From Azolla caroliniana (taxonomy: Eukaryota > Plantae > Polypodiophyta): a DNA stretch of 64,000 nt. The notes beneath the pieces are model-generated. The model was given only the letters and a program-made list of their open reading frames with translations. It was not told the DNA's origin and did no database searches. Where the stretch lies: positions 18,476,001 to 18,540,000 of the forward strand of contig JBHGNT010000017.1 in NCBI GenBank assembly GCA_043228905.1, written 5' to 3'. This document shows, piece by piece, positions 1 through 12,802 of the stretch (the first letter of the stretch is position 1; the number at the start of each line of letters is the position of its first letter). The position numbers and the translations under genes were made by a program.

Positions 1-673
1 CCAATTTTTTCATTACTTTTCATTTGCTTGATTCCTCCACTCTTTTATAGATGCCCCCATGCATATGGTGCATGTAAGGGTGCAAGACATGCACGTAATG
101 CATGAAATGCATGCTTGCCATGTCATCATCTAAGCTTTCATGTATGAGAATTTACATGTAAATGTATAATGATAAAAATATAGCTTCTAAGGAAATGACT
201 TGGCTCGCCGTCTCCCTGGCTCACTTCATTGGCTCCATCCGGTCGTCGTCCGGTTCCAATCAGCCAAAACCCTTACAAGTAATTAGGCCACATCCATTCA
301 TCCAATTAGTTTAGCTCAAGTCACCTTGAAAATTCTATGATCCACTCATAAACACAAAGTAAATCATTTTGGCCTTGCTTATATAATCTGGGATCCTTAT
401 TTGTCCTGTCTATGTGGGATATCTCGTAGTTTTGTTTTCTTCTCTTCTTCTTCGCAAACTTCATACCCACATAACTTGTCACTTAGTTGTCTGTTTCTTA
501 TGTGGTAAAGTGTATTCGAAAGCTCTTGAAGACCTCCATCTTTTTGTACCAAGATATTAAACTAGTATAAAATAGTATCTTCACTATTATTGTTTTATTT
601 TTGTGTGAAGAACCACACTCGATTTTATACATTCCTCGCAATTTTCACACCGTTGTCGAAAATCTTCACAACA
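1..673 (-). mobile_element. Partial LTR of the CpG-targeting Gypsy family (continues beyond the window start), inserted into a Copia pol
   Basis: Ends ...aatcttcacaaca at 673, like the solo LTRs ending at 42563 and 61183. Shares their CATGCA-rich block and a minus-strand TATA (ttttatag ~44-50). Right flank is GCGG. Confidence 0.85.
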
Positions 674-3151
674 GCGGCCTCTTATGCCATAACTCACGAG
701 TTGTGTCGGTTGCCACGTTTACCTCATTTCAGCATAAATAAGCATTCATTATATACAGTGTGCTAGTTTTCCGGGCTCGAGCCACGATTAGGCCCCCTTG
801 CGGAACTTCGGGACGTTGTTCTGGATGCTACTAGTGTAGCCTTTATCATCCAGCCGACTGGCTGATATCTAGTTCAGTCAAACTTCCAGAACATGCTGAA
901 CATCTCTCAACACTAGTCTACACCCGATCGATGTCATCTGACACACATCTCCAATGTTGACGATTCGGCATGCTCCTTCATTCCCCATTCTTACAAGACC
1001 GTGGTCTCCGGCCTTGTATGATGAGAAGCACTTTCGATCGGGGGTTAGGTGAAACGACGCACCCGAATCGACCACCCATGTCGATTCTTCGCCGGCGAGA
1101 TTGACCTCAGTTTGTTCACTAATGAACAGAAACTCCTCTTCACTTGCGGCGATTGCTGAGGTGTTCTTTTTGTCCAGGTATTTTCTTCAGCTCTACATCA
1201 TCAGCTTGTTGGGAATATGTCCCTCCAGTGGGAGGAGGAACCAACTGTCCAGAAGTTGCTGACAGTCGATGACTGGGAAAATCCGACTGTTCCGAAAGCC
1301 GACAGTCGAAGACAGGGAAGATCTGACTGTTCCGAAAGCCGACAGTCGAAGAGTCGAAAACAGTGAGTCGACTGTTTGATAGTTCGACTATTATTATTAT
1401 AGCAATAATAATAATGATACGTAGCAAAGGCTACATTTGTAAATAGCCCATACAATGTATAAGTATAAATACACAAGGCAAAACGTGAGAAAGAGCGTGT
1501 AGAACAGAAGTAGCGTGAGAGTGTGTGAGACAGAGACTGAGTGAGAGCGGCGCCATAACTGTGTGCGTAACAATAGACACCAAGAGCCCTGCATGGTTGA
1601 TACACTCGAAGGAGTGTTGTAGCATTCTGTGTTGTATATCCACTATACATAGTGAAGCTCTGTTCCTGTGGTTTTCTCCCGTTTTAGGGTTTCCACATAA
1701 AGTCTTTGTGCACGATGGTTGTCCTGTTTTTCCTGGCATATCTGTGATTCGTATTTCAGCACAGTTCGTTTATTGTGATTTGACCAAACAATATCTCAAC
1801 ACAGCTCCCCCTTTCTCCTTTCAAAAGTGTTGGCAGTTCTTTTGAAAGTGCCCCGGTTTCCCACAATAGAAGCATGTGGGCCTTCCCCTCGACTTTGACC
1901 TTGTCCCCGACCTATCTCGATTTGTGGAATTCGATTTTGGCCTCTTCCTCGATTCGTGTCACTTTCCGTGACGAGGGCCTTCGGGTCAGTATTGAACTCT
2001 CGGTCTTTTTGGCGAGCTTCTTCATTCAATAAGCTCGACTTCATCTACTCTAGGGATAAGTGTTTCCCTTGTGGTCCCGCGTTGCCTAATGTGACAACAA
2101 GCGTTTCCCAACTGTCCAAAAGGTATCCCAGCAACAATAGTGTTAATACCTCATCGAGAAGAGGTACTTCTAAAAAGGTGGTTTAATTCATCAATCATTG
2201 GAAGGCATTGATATGCTCCACCGTGTTGGAGCCGTCTTGATATCAGAGTCTCACGATTTTTCTAAAAACTGAGACTCTGTTCACGACATTCTTGTTCTCG
2301 AACATTATGTCAATCTTCTTCTAGAGGACGTCAGCACTCGTCTCTTCATCAAAGTTGTTGTATAGACTCATGTCTATAAAACACCTTATATATGTTGCCA
2401 CCTTCAGATGCATAACTTCCCCAATTGATGCATCAATCTTGTCTGACCTTTTATCTCCGAGCCGCACCGACAACCAGAGGTCTTTGCACACGAGCATGTC
2501 CTACATCTTCGACTTCCACACTGAATAGTTGGAGCCAGTAAATTTGAACATGCCTCCGAACGAGTCTTCCATCGCTTTGATACCACTTTGTTAGGATCGT
2601 GACCGGCCACAATTGGTTATACTCACAAATACGTGTTCGGATGCAAAGAACAAGAAAGCTAGTACACAAACAGAAAACGAGAAATTTGCAGAAAATGAGA
2701 TACAAAGACACAATGTTTAACGTGGAAACCCCAAATCGGGAAAAACCATGTGGAGTCCAAACTAGATCACTATGATAAGGAGTACAATAAGATACTCAAA
2801 GACAACGACCTCAAGATCTTCTTCGTCTGATAGACGGCTACTAAGTTACTACTCTCACACTCTCTCTCTTACTCACAGTATAAAGGCAACTACCTTCAGT
2901 GTAACTTTTCAACCATAATGATCAACCACTACTACCTTAAAGTTTGCCCTATTTGTTTATATACTAAAACAACTTTCTAGCTATTACAAACATAGACCAC
3001 ATGGTCACATTCAGACTATGTACAATTATAGCCTCTCGAATCGGTTATGAAATCGATTTTCGATTTTGATTTCCGATTTCAGTTTCAACCTTGGTCAAGC
3101 TTGCTCAACAATTCGACTCATCCCAACTAGAGGGACCTGGTTTTCCCAACA
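674..3151 (-). mobile_element. Ty1/Copia (Tnt1/Tork-like) 5' half: 5' LTR 2589-3151, PBS-Met 2574-2585, degenerate gag-protease-GAGpre
   Basis: LTR starts TGTTGGGAAAACCAGGTCCC on the minus strand; PBS TGGTATCAAAGC; gag ATG at 2572; protease WVVDSGASFHLTP (ORF 878-1075); LWHKR motif near 675-690; several stops. Confidence 0.9.
1207..1801 (+). mobile_element. Solo LTR (Tork-like Copia), 595 bp, TSD CAGCT
   Basis: TG...CA termini; CAGCT at 1202-1206 and 1802-1806; start TGTTGGGAATATGTCCCTCC resembles the other Tork-like LTRs; internal short repeats (gacagtcga). Confidence 0.9.
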
Positions 3152-3159
3152 CAATTTAA

Positions 3160-3760
3160 TCTTGTCCTTCTTCCCAACATATTACCATAATCATCCTTAA
3201 TCAAGGGGTTCCAACAAATTGGTTTCCTTTCCAGCCCTCCTCCCATATAGGATGTTTATGCACAAGATTAGGCAACAAACATTTCCAAGCTCTTAACAAA
3301 GAGTTAAAAAGATTATCCAAAGTGGAAATAGAAGTCAAAGGCATATCCTCGTGCACAAACCACCACCTCAGATTTTGTTTCCAATGTCTACCTCTACATG
3401 GAACCAATTCCTTCATATGTTCATGAAGTAGCAACTTCCATGGCTCATTCCCTGGCAGTATAATTCTCACAACTAAAACATTGAGTCTATCAACCCTAAT
3501 CCGCCTTCGTGAGGAGGAGATATTATTACCTTCCACGCAACTTTAGATCTTGCATTTGCATCATATGCACACCATAAGAAATTGCGGACAAACCTCTATA
3601 CCTGAGAGAGAACAAATCTTGAAAACAACCGCGATGAGGGGATATACCACATTGAAGACAGAAGCACTTGATTAGCAATTACAATTCTTCCAGCCAATGA
3701 TAAATGTCTCGAAGACCAAAACAACAATTTCCCCTTCAATGACATCAATAAGGGGGCAAT
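3160..3760 (-). mobile_element. L1-type LINE ORF2 fragment (post-RT region), degenerate
   Basis: Minus strand reads ..LKGKLLFWSSRHLSLAGRIVIANQVLLSSMWY.. and WKLLL (ORF 3201-3536), typical of plant L1 ORF2. Confidence 0.75.
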
Positions 3761-4943
3761 AAGTAGGCAATAGCTTTAATAGCCAAAATACCTTATAGTA
3801 ATAATAGCAAAATGAATTTTGAATAGGTATTTAGCTTTAAAATATTTTACTCAGCATTATGTTTTTTTGTAGATTCACCTAGCTATTTACACATAATATT
3901 ATAATCTTATGGCGAGCAGTTCTTATCAAGTTATTAGCTATCGCTTAGCTAAACAACTAGTTACAAATATTTGAATTAATTCGTATAATTTGGTAGAGGT
4001 TATTTTCTCATTGTAGCGCGAAAACATCACGACAACATGGTCTTCCTATTTTGCACTCTCACCAATGCCTCCTAGATATAGAATTTGCAGATGACATTGC
4101 AGTCTACATGCAAGGGGACATCGAAAATCTAAAGAAGCTGGAAAGTGGACTATCCTTGTTTTGCAAGAGATCAAATGTCATGATCAATTGGGATAAATCT
4201 TGTGCAATATGGCTTTCTGATGAAGCACATCTTGCCTAGCACCCAGATCCCAGTTTCATGTGGATAAATCAAGGAGCAAGCACTAAATATTTGGGTTTCC
4301 AAATTGGCTTCAACATTCCTCTGGAGACAATGATTGCACCAATTATTCACTCCATTCGAGAAAAGTTGATACATTGGAGATCGAAAAAACTCTCACTAGT
4401 TGGTTGCATCATAATGGCAAATCATGTATTGCTCGCAGCGACATGGTATAGTCTATTGTTGTCGTTTAGGAACACGGTCCACGGTCAGTCCTTCGACCTA
4501 GACCTTAAAGTGGGTGTGGAACAACGAATAGGTGTTTAAGCGTAATGCATAAGGGAAGAGCCCCTGTAACCTATCAGCGTATAAGGGTAGACGGCTACAA
4601 CCGAATCCCTATTAAGGGTTACACTTACGTACTACAACGCTTAAGTATTCAAGACACCCACACTAAACTAGCTGTAGCTATACACAGGAAATCAGAGAAG
4701 ATAGGGTTCTATTATAAGGCGTTTCTTTACATTCCCCAAAATTACACGCACCTCCATCAGAGGTTTTCTGCCCTTTATATATGCAGGGTCTAATTAGCCG
4801 TTCACGCTTCCTGTGTTAACCATTACATGTGTTATGCTCTTATATAATTTCTTATTCCTACGCTTTTGTCCGTCGGTTACTATTCCAGCAGACAACACTT
4901 GGCACGCCTGTGGGATGGTGCCTTTGCACGTTGGACCCATCCC

Positions 4944-7913
4944 TTAATCTTCTTCCAAAATGGCCTGGATGTTCGGCTCTGTTGTGGTGTCTTCGTCTGG
5001 AGGTGATGTAGGGCCCGTAGGTGCATCGTGGTGTGGCTCCTCTGTTTGGTCGGGCTGGTTTATCCCGGAGTCGCCGTCGCCGTGTGTGGGTGGTCCGGGT
5101 ACGGTGGGCTCTTCTTGAGTTAGTGAGTTGGGCTCCACCGTTGTCGTGCTTGCAGTCGGCTGCAACTCTGCCTCCATTGTTACGCCCTCCGTGGTGTTGG
5201 CCATTTTTGTATGTTCTTGGGAGTGGGGCGGAGATTCCGCCTGGTCCGCACCGTTCTCCGCGTGGTTTGATGATAGTGTGGGCTCATGCGGCTGGACTTC
5301 TTGTTGGGTAGTGGTTTCGTTGTTTGGTCCTGTGGGGAACTCCGCTCGTCGGTCCCCGCTATTCTCCCTCGTTGTCATCTCTGGTGATCAGGCCTGAGGT
5401 TCCTCTTCTTCGGTTGTGGGCGGAATTGGTGTCGCGTTGGATTCCTCATTTGTGCGCGTGTTGCCGGCTTGTGTGATCTGGTGAAATAGCTCCTCCTGAC
5501 TTTCACCAAAATCATCTAAGAGCTATGCGAGTTCTTCGGAGTGTTGGTCTGCTAGCACACGATAGTCTTGCGCTTGGTCCTCCCGTATGGTCGCAATGCT
5601 CTCCTCATTTAGTTTATAGAAACCTCAACCGTCTTTTCGCCGATTCTCCCAGTCCACACGATACGCATGTAATTCCGCTGCTTGGGTTGCCCACGCCATC
5701 CATCCTTTGTCCAGCGCCGTTTTCAATTGCGCTGTGAACCTCTCTCGATTTGTTTGGAGAAGGATCCGCACGTTATCTGTGATGGCCTGGCAATGGTTGC
5801 GTGCGTCTTCCATTGACTTCTGGAGATTTGTGATTTCCTGTTGTTTAACGGTTGCCGCTTCCTCATACGTGGCCTTCAGGCCCGCCCACAGCTGGGATTC
5901 CTTTGCATGTTGTTCTTCTAATTTCCCCATCTCGTTGTTTAGGCGAATTTCGAGCTGATGCCTTCTGTCTTGTTCGACCACCAACTGCTCATCGAACCAT
6001 ACCTTCTTTTTTCCTAATAAGGCCCGAAGTCCTACTATTGCCGCCTCCGATTTCTTCGCGTCCTCTCGTAATTGTGCGATGTCGTCCGTTGTCTGGATGT
6101 GTTGAGCTACCTCCGTAGCTAATTTCTCTTCAAGAGTTTTTACTGCCTTCCGTCCGTTAGCCCGTATCTCCTTTTCTCTGTCTGAGGATTGGCGTAGTTC
6201 TGCTCGAAGACGGTCAATTTCGGATTCTGCTAGCTGCACGGCCCCTTTTGCTTTTGAGGCGATGGCGGTCTGAGCCTCGATTTCTTCTTTTAGAGTGTCA
6301 ATGACATGGTTCGGTGGCGGGGTTGCGTGTTGCGCCATAGTCGCGTGAGCTTCCAACTCCGCGATGCGTGCGTTGGCTTTTTGCAGTTCGGCTTCAGTCA
6401 ATTTAACCTTCTTCCAGACATTCTTATTTTTTATGGCCATCTCCTTGGCGCCCGTGCTGACCTTTGCCAGTTCCCGATGGACTTCGACTAGGGCCGTGTT
6501 TAAGGGTGGTATCTCCATCCCCACTCTCCGTACCCCGGCGTTCCTCTGTCTGCCGACCCTGGCTAGTCGGTCCTCATCGTCGCTCTCCGTTGTTTGTGTT
6601 AGGGCGCTCTCGATCATCTGCCGTTCCGCATGCTCCTCGGCCATTCGTTGGGCGGCTTTGACCTGCTATGTTGCCAGGAACTCCATGAGCTCAAAAGAAG
6701 TACCGAACTGCAACAGGGCACTGAACTCGTGGGCCGTATCCGGGATATCCGGATATGCCAAAACCTCGCTTTCCGCCGTCAATACGGCTTTCCCTCATTG
6801 GGATTGAGTCGTAATAATCGGTCGTGTCTCCCGGATGATTTCGAAGGTGGTATTCGGTTCCGCTGTTGCGGCGCCTTCGCCTTCGGTCTGTGTCTCCGTT
6901 GTCGTGGGGGCGTTTTTTACCAACCCCCGCCCATCTTTCCTGTCCAATCTGCGCCGTTTTGGTTTGGGGCTTTCCCACCGTGTTTCGGTGTCTGGTTCTG
7001 GGGCTACTTCCATGGAGCGTCTCGGTTGTTCCTCCTGCGTTGTCCGTGTGTCCGGCTGGTCGGTAGGAGGTGTTGTCCTTGGGTTTGGTTGGGCCAGTTG
7101 GGGTTCCTCTTCCCACTCTAGGGCCGATAACTCCGCTAACCTGCGTTTCGCGGATTGGGGCAGGGCCGTGGGTTGGCTGGGCTGCGGTGCTCGCAGGCCT
7201 CGGGGTGGAAATAGTACCGTAAGGTATTGTTGGATGATCGGCCTGAGCTTTTTGCCTACTTGGTACGCATGCAAGCCTTCCCTTAACGTTGGCCCTATGA
7301 TGACCCCCTAGTCAACGGCACGCCCTTCAAAGGTATCGATAATGATGCTCGCTTTCTGCTTAGGCATCCCATATGCGTTGACATGTACGCAGCCGACTTC
7401 TAGTAGGAACTTGGCAACTTCACGGAAGAAGGGATCCGGAATCTATTTTGTTCTATAGGCCTTGGCGGAGGAGGAATATGGCCCAAAATACCGTTGCAGC
7501 GCCTCTGCAGGAGGTATTTCGAAATGTCTTTCACCTAGCGAGGATAGGTCCAACTTCTTCCGGATGGAAGAGTTGGTGACCGTGTCGATGTTAAGCTTCC
7601 TGGCGATGTCCATGGTGTCCGAGTGCGGAGGTGCTTCTGCGACCCGGATGTAACCATCCAGGCGTTTCTCCACGAGCCATCGGCGTAGGGCAGTAGAGAT
7701 GACGATCGGCATCGCCAGAGTAGGTTTGTGGGGAGGAGACGGGTGGTTGTGGTGAGTTGGAGCTCTGAGATAGGATGGGGAAGAAGGTGAGGAGGAGGAA
7801 CGATGGGAGCGTTGATAGCTAGAAGATGGGTTTCTGCTTTGTGCAGAAAATCGTGGTGTCGCGTGTTCTTGAACTAGGAGTTTGTGCATGCCTTCATTCG
7901 TTTTAATAGTCAC
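4944..7913 (-). pseudogene. Extra ORF region downstream of pol (N-terminal domain, disordered linker, long coiled coil, low-complexity tail), broken by stops/frameshifts
   Basis: Consecutive minus-strand ORFs 7443-7913, 6795-7274, 5625-6644 (E/K/A/L/Q-rich heptads) and 4944-5378, in the same sense as pol. Confidence 0.7.
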
Positions 7914-8009
7914 TATCTTCTCTCTTTTTCTTTTTTTTCTTTTTTTTCTTTTTTGTAACAGTTATTTACAACCTATTTTTACCTTATAGTACAAATGGGG
8001 CTGTCCATT

Positions 8010-11000
8010 TTACGCTGCAGGTTCCCCGGCTCTGTCCCGTTCGGCGGTGAATGGGTTAGGTGGCGTAGGGCCCAGGCAAGGTTTGACCCGAAATCCATTC
8101 ACCTTTTGCCGTACTACTTCTCCAGCCAACGTTCCTAGTTGGAACGTGCCTTGTTCCGCTCCAATTATCCAGTATGGGCCGGTCCAGCGGAAACGTAACT
8201 TCCCCGGCATATGGCCCATGCGCATTTGAAAAACTAGCACCGCTCAGCCCACGGCGAACTCCTTTTCCCTTGGGTTCCGATGTCGATCCACAAACGCTTT
8301 ACGCCGTCGTTGTTCCTGTTCCAACACAGCCATGTTGTGGACGCATTTTTCCCCTAGTTCGAGGAGCTAGTAGAGCCGTACCTCCTCCGACTTGGCTTCT
8401 GATAATCGGTTCCGTACTTGAATGTGCAAACTAGCTACCTGAAATTCGACCGGCATCATAGCCTCCAGTCCAAACGCTAGTCGGAACGGTGTTGATTGTA
8501 TACTTGTTTTGTAACTAGTTCTGTATGCCCATAACGCACTCTGTAGTTTGGTATCCCAATCCGTTCTATTTTCATTGACGGTTTTCTTCAAAATGGTCTA
8601 TAATGTCTTGTTTGTGGATTCTGCTAATCCATTCGCCTATGGATAATATGGCATGCTCTTCTTGTGGACTACGGCGTAATGATGTGTTAGTTCCCGAACC
8701 ACCGTATTGAGAAAGTGACTCCCCTCGTCACTGATGAGGTCAATCGGGCAGCCGAACCGGCACCAAATGTGCTCATAAAGGAATTTGGTTGTGACGGCCG
8801 CCGTATTTTCATGTAGTGCCTTTGCTTCTACCCATTTGGTGCAGTAATCCGTGGCTACCAATATGTATTTATTGCCCGTACGGGCCGCTGCTGGTGTGAA
8901 GGGCCCTACAAAATCCAATCCCCACTTTTGGAAGGGGTCTAGCGATAATATGGGCTGGTGTGGCATCCTTGTGTCCTTCGCGGGCTGACCCATCTGCTGA
9001 CACAAATCACACTTTCTACAATACTCGGATGCGTCCTTCTGCATTGTTGGCCACCATAAGCCCACCTGCCATACTTTCCGGGTTGTCGCGTCGCCCGCGT
9101 AATGGCTGCCTGCCGTGCCGCAGTGTGCCTCCTGTAAAACTGCTTCCTTCTCATCCTGACGGACCCCACGTCACCAAATGTCGTCACTTCCTTTATGATA
9201 TAAAACGCCTTCGACGAGGTAGAAGTGACGGCTTCGGACGGCTAGTCGTTTCTTCTCGTCCGTGCGTAATTGTGGTGGAGGTAGTCCTGTAGTTAAAAAG
9301 TACGTCATTTCCATAAGCCATCGGTCCGAAAAGGTGGATTCCGTTATTTCTGCAAGTGTCGCTACTCGCAAGATGTCAGCGTCCAGAAAATCGTTGTCGT
9401 CTTTTTGTACTGTTTCTCCATTCTCGAGTCTGCTCAAAAAATCCGCCACTGCGTGTTGTGTCCCTGGTCGGTGCTTAATTACGAAATCGAATTCCTGGAG
9501 CAACAACATCCACCGCGCCAATTTCCCTGTCAGGGATTGTTTCTCCACCAAATACAATAATGCCGAATGATCCACGCGGAACGTGAATTTCCTTCCTAAT
9601 AAATAGTGTTAGAATTTATCGATGCTATATATCATCCCTAGCGCCTCCCACTCAGTTGTGGAATAGTTACGCTCTGCTGCTGACAATTTACGACTCGCGT
9701 AGTATATTGGCATGTACCAGTTTGGTTTGGTGAGCTGCATTAGTGCGCTTCCTATTGCTATGTCCGAGGCGTCGACGAACACGTGGAATGGCTTCGCCCA
9801 AACTGGTGGTTGTACGACGGGAGCCTGTGTGAGCGTACCTGGTTATAGCCACCGAAGCCATCTAAGAAACTGTACATCTCATGGCCTGCAACGGCGTCCA
9901 GCACGCTATCGGTGAAGGGTAAGGGAAATGCGTCCGTAATAGTTATGGCGTTTAATTTTCGGTAATCTACGCATACCCGTATTTTGCCGTTTTTCTTTGG
10001 GACGACCACTATCGGGCTTAGCCATGTCGCTTGTTTAACTGGTCGTATGAACCCCGCCTTTAGGAGCTTGTCAATTTCTTCTTTCACGTGGGTCGCGTAA
10101 TTGGGGTTCATGCGGTAGCGGCGCTGCTGGACAGGTTTCGCGTCAGTTGCTAAATTGATCTTATGCTAATAGAACTTGGGATCTAACCCCTTCATGTCCT
10201 CGTGAGCCCAAGCGAACACATCTTTATATTCCGTGAGTAGTGCGATCATCGTGATTCTCTGGTCCGGCCTTAATTCCTTTGCGATGGAGAGGAACAAATC
10301 CGATTCCATACCCACATTTACTTCTTCGAGAGCGGAAGCGGTGACTCTTCGTGAAATCTCCATTTCCCTTTCGAATGCCACCGGTGCTCTACTGAGTTCC
10401 AATATGGACTCTGGGTTTGGTTCGTAAGGCTCGTCGTGGGGAACAGTGTCCATGGCATATTATGTCGCGGTTGCTATGACATCTATTTCGAACAGCGGAA
10501 TAATCCGAGGGTGTTCGTCGAGGTACGCCTCCAATTCTGCATCCTCCACCCCAGCCAACATATTTATGTCCTCCGCGTATAATGGTGTTATACCCTTAGG
10601 TTGTGGCGTGTTGCCTTCCGTAGGTACGCAAACCTTGGTGCGTCCATGCCGGAAACTAATACACTCGTGTTGCCAGCTCTGCTTGATATTTGTTGTCTGC
10701 CCAGAAGCATTGGGTACGCTCCTGGGGCCTCCAAAGCGAGGACGACCGCCGAGATGTCGAAGCGGTGTCCGCCCACGATGATGCCTATTTTGCGAATTAA
10801 CCCCAACGGTCGCACTGAGCGGATATCTGCCATGCGGAGCTAGAATGGACACGCCTCCCATTCGGAAATGCCTAACTGCTCGCAAGTTTTCGCGCTAATT
10901 ACATTGACGCCTGAGCCGCCGTCGATTATGCATCCAGGAACTTCTTGTCCGTGCAATATTACTGTAATAGTCGGGTTGTGCTGATCCACCACCGGTGGTC

Positions 11001-12099
11001 CATCACTGACGTCTGTTAGGTTTGTGGCGACGCTTGCCCCGAGTATGCCCGTTGCATGTGCTTCCATGGTCTGGCGGAAATGTGGAACTAGTTGTAGCAG
11101 TTTTTCCATGGTTAACGTTATTTCACAGCCTGCTAACACCTGCCAAATGGGGTCCGTAGCCGGTCTTTCGTTCTCTGTTCGCTCCATTGTGTTCGCGGAT
11201 TCCTGCCGCATACGTTCCGTATTGGTCGCGTTTGCTTTTTCCACCCACGCTTAGGCATGTCAGCGTACCTCGTCTTGCGCAACCCAATCCGCCGTTTTTG
11301 TTTGCTGGCGTGTCGTGACTTGTTGCACCTCCGCCGTAATCGTATTGACAACGGGCCCCTTTCCCTTGCGTGTTGGGCATTGCGTGGCATAATTTCCGAG
11401 TTGCTGACAAATAAAACAATGGATGCTTGATTCTCCCTTCTCGGCTCTAGGTGGTGTGTGCCGCTCTCCGAGTGCTACTTGCTCTTCGCAGTCCGGCCTC
11501 GTTTGTCGAAACGTACGCGGTGGCTGTTGTTGGTCTCGTTGTTGTTCCTAGTACCGCTCATCCCCCGAGCTTTCGTCGTAACGTCGGTGATCCCTATATT
11601 GCCGTGTCTTACCCCGATAGCCATTGAAGCCGCCCCGTTTGTTTGTCGGCCGTTGATTCTCGTAGCGCCGACCCCCTTTGGCGTAACTCGGATGTCCACG
11701 ATAATCCTCGTCCTCTTGGTCATCCTCCTCAGAATCGTTGTGATTCCGGTAATTCCGGTTGTACCGGTCCTCCCGCGGGTTGCGATCCTTATACCGGGGT
11801 CGGTCTTCTTGCCTCCTTTGTTTAGCCCAGTGCGGTTGACGTTGTGTGTCCATGTTGCGGACTGCGAGAGTGGCTCTGTTTAACATATTGTACTCGCATT
11901 GGTCGACTGTGTGAGCCTTCGAGTGGCAGATTGGGCAGTGGATTCGCATATTACACTCCACTACGGAATGCCCCGAGTTCAAGCAAATCGTGCACTGGAT
12001 TGCTTGACGAAATTGCCGTTCCTCATCCTGAGGTAACGCTTGTCGTAAGGAGGACATAGAAAACCTTCCCTCCTCATCATCCAACTCGAGTTGTAACGC
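8010..12099 (-). pseudogene. Gypsy gag (3' part)-pol of the 4457-20280 element, degenerate, with an internal RT deletion near 9838
   Basis: CCHC knuckles (11548-12084); protease IIDGGSGVN; RT WLSPIVVVPKKNGKIRVCVDYRKLN; RNase H DHSAL..ARW; INT WGLDFVGP; C-terminal WTGPY. The gag 5' part lies at ~19076-19500. Confidence 0.9.
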
Positions 12100-12802
12100 T
12101 CGTTGTCAGGGTTTTCCTCGCGGATGCGTGAAATGAGGTGGGACCTCGGGGGTCTTGCACCGAAAAGCAAGAGAGAAAGGAGAAGGGAGGAGATCCACTA
12201 CGCGCGAGCGTAGATTCTCAGGGACACGGCCCTCGACACAAAGACGCGAGTGGGACACCAACGCAGAGAGGCACGAATGTATGTATATATATATTAACAA
12301 AGACAACAACAACAAGAAGCACGAAGTCGGTTACAACCGAACAGGCCGGCGAACAAATACCGATGCCTGTTCGTAAACGCACAGAAAGAAAGGAGTAGGT
12401 TGGAGGTGCTGCCGGAAGCACTCGGGCATTCCTCAGAGCAGCACGAGCCTCCCGAAACCTGCACAGAGAGAAGCTATGGAGTTTGGAAGAGAGAGAAGCC
12501 TTCGGCCCACAACCCGACAGCACTTCGTCCTCTCTAACCGCCAACCCTCCCCCCCTCCTCGTCTCCCTCCTTTTATAGGCAAGGAAGGAGCCGTTTCCCA
12601 TTAACTCCCTACCTACCGAATCTACCTACCTAGGATCTTCTATGTACAACATAAGGCGTACGTGCATGAAGAACCGGTTCCTAGGCTCCGGTGCACCGAT
12701 TCCGCTTGTGGACGGTTTTCTTCACGACATCCGCCCTCACCTAACCACGCATCCACCGGCATGCGCCAAATTGAGTTGGGACGGAGAAAACCCGTCCAGC
12801 CT

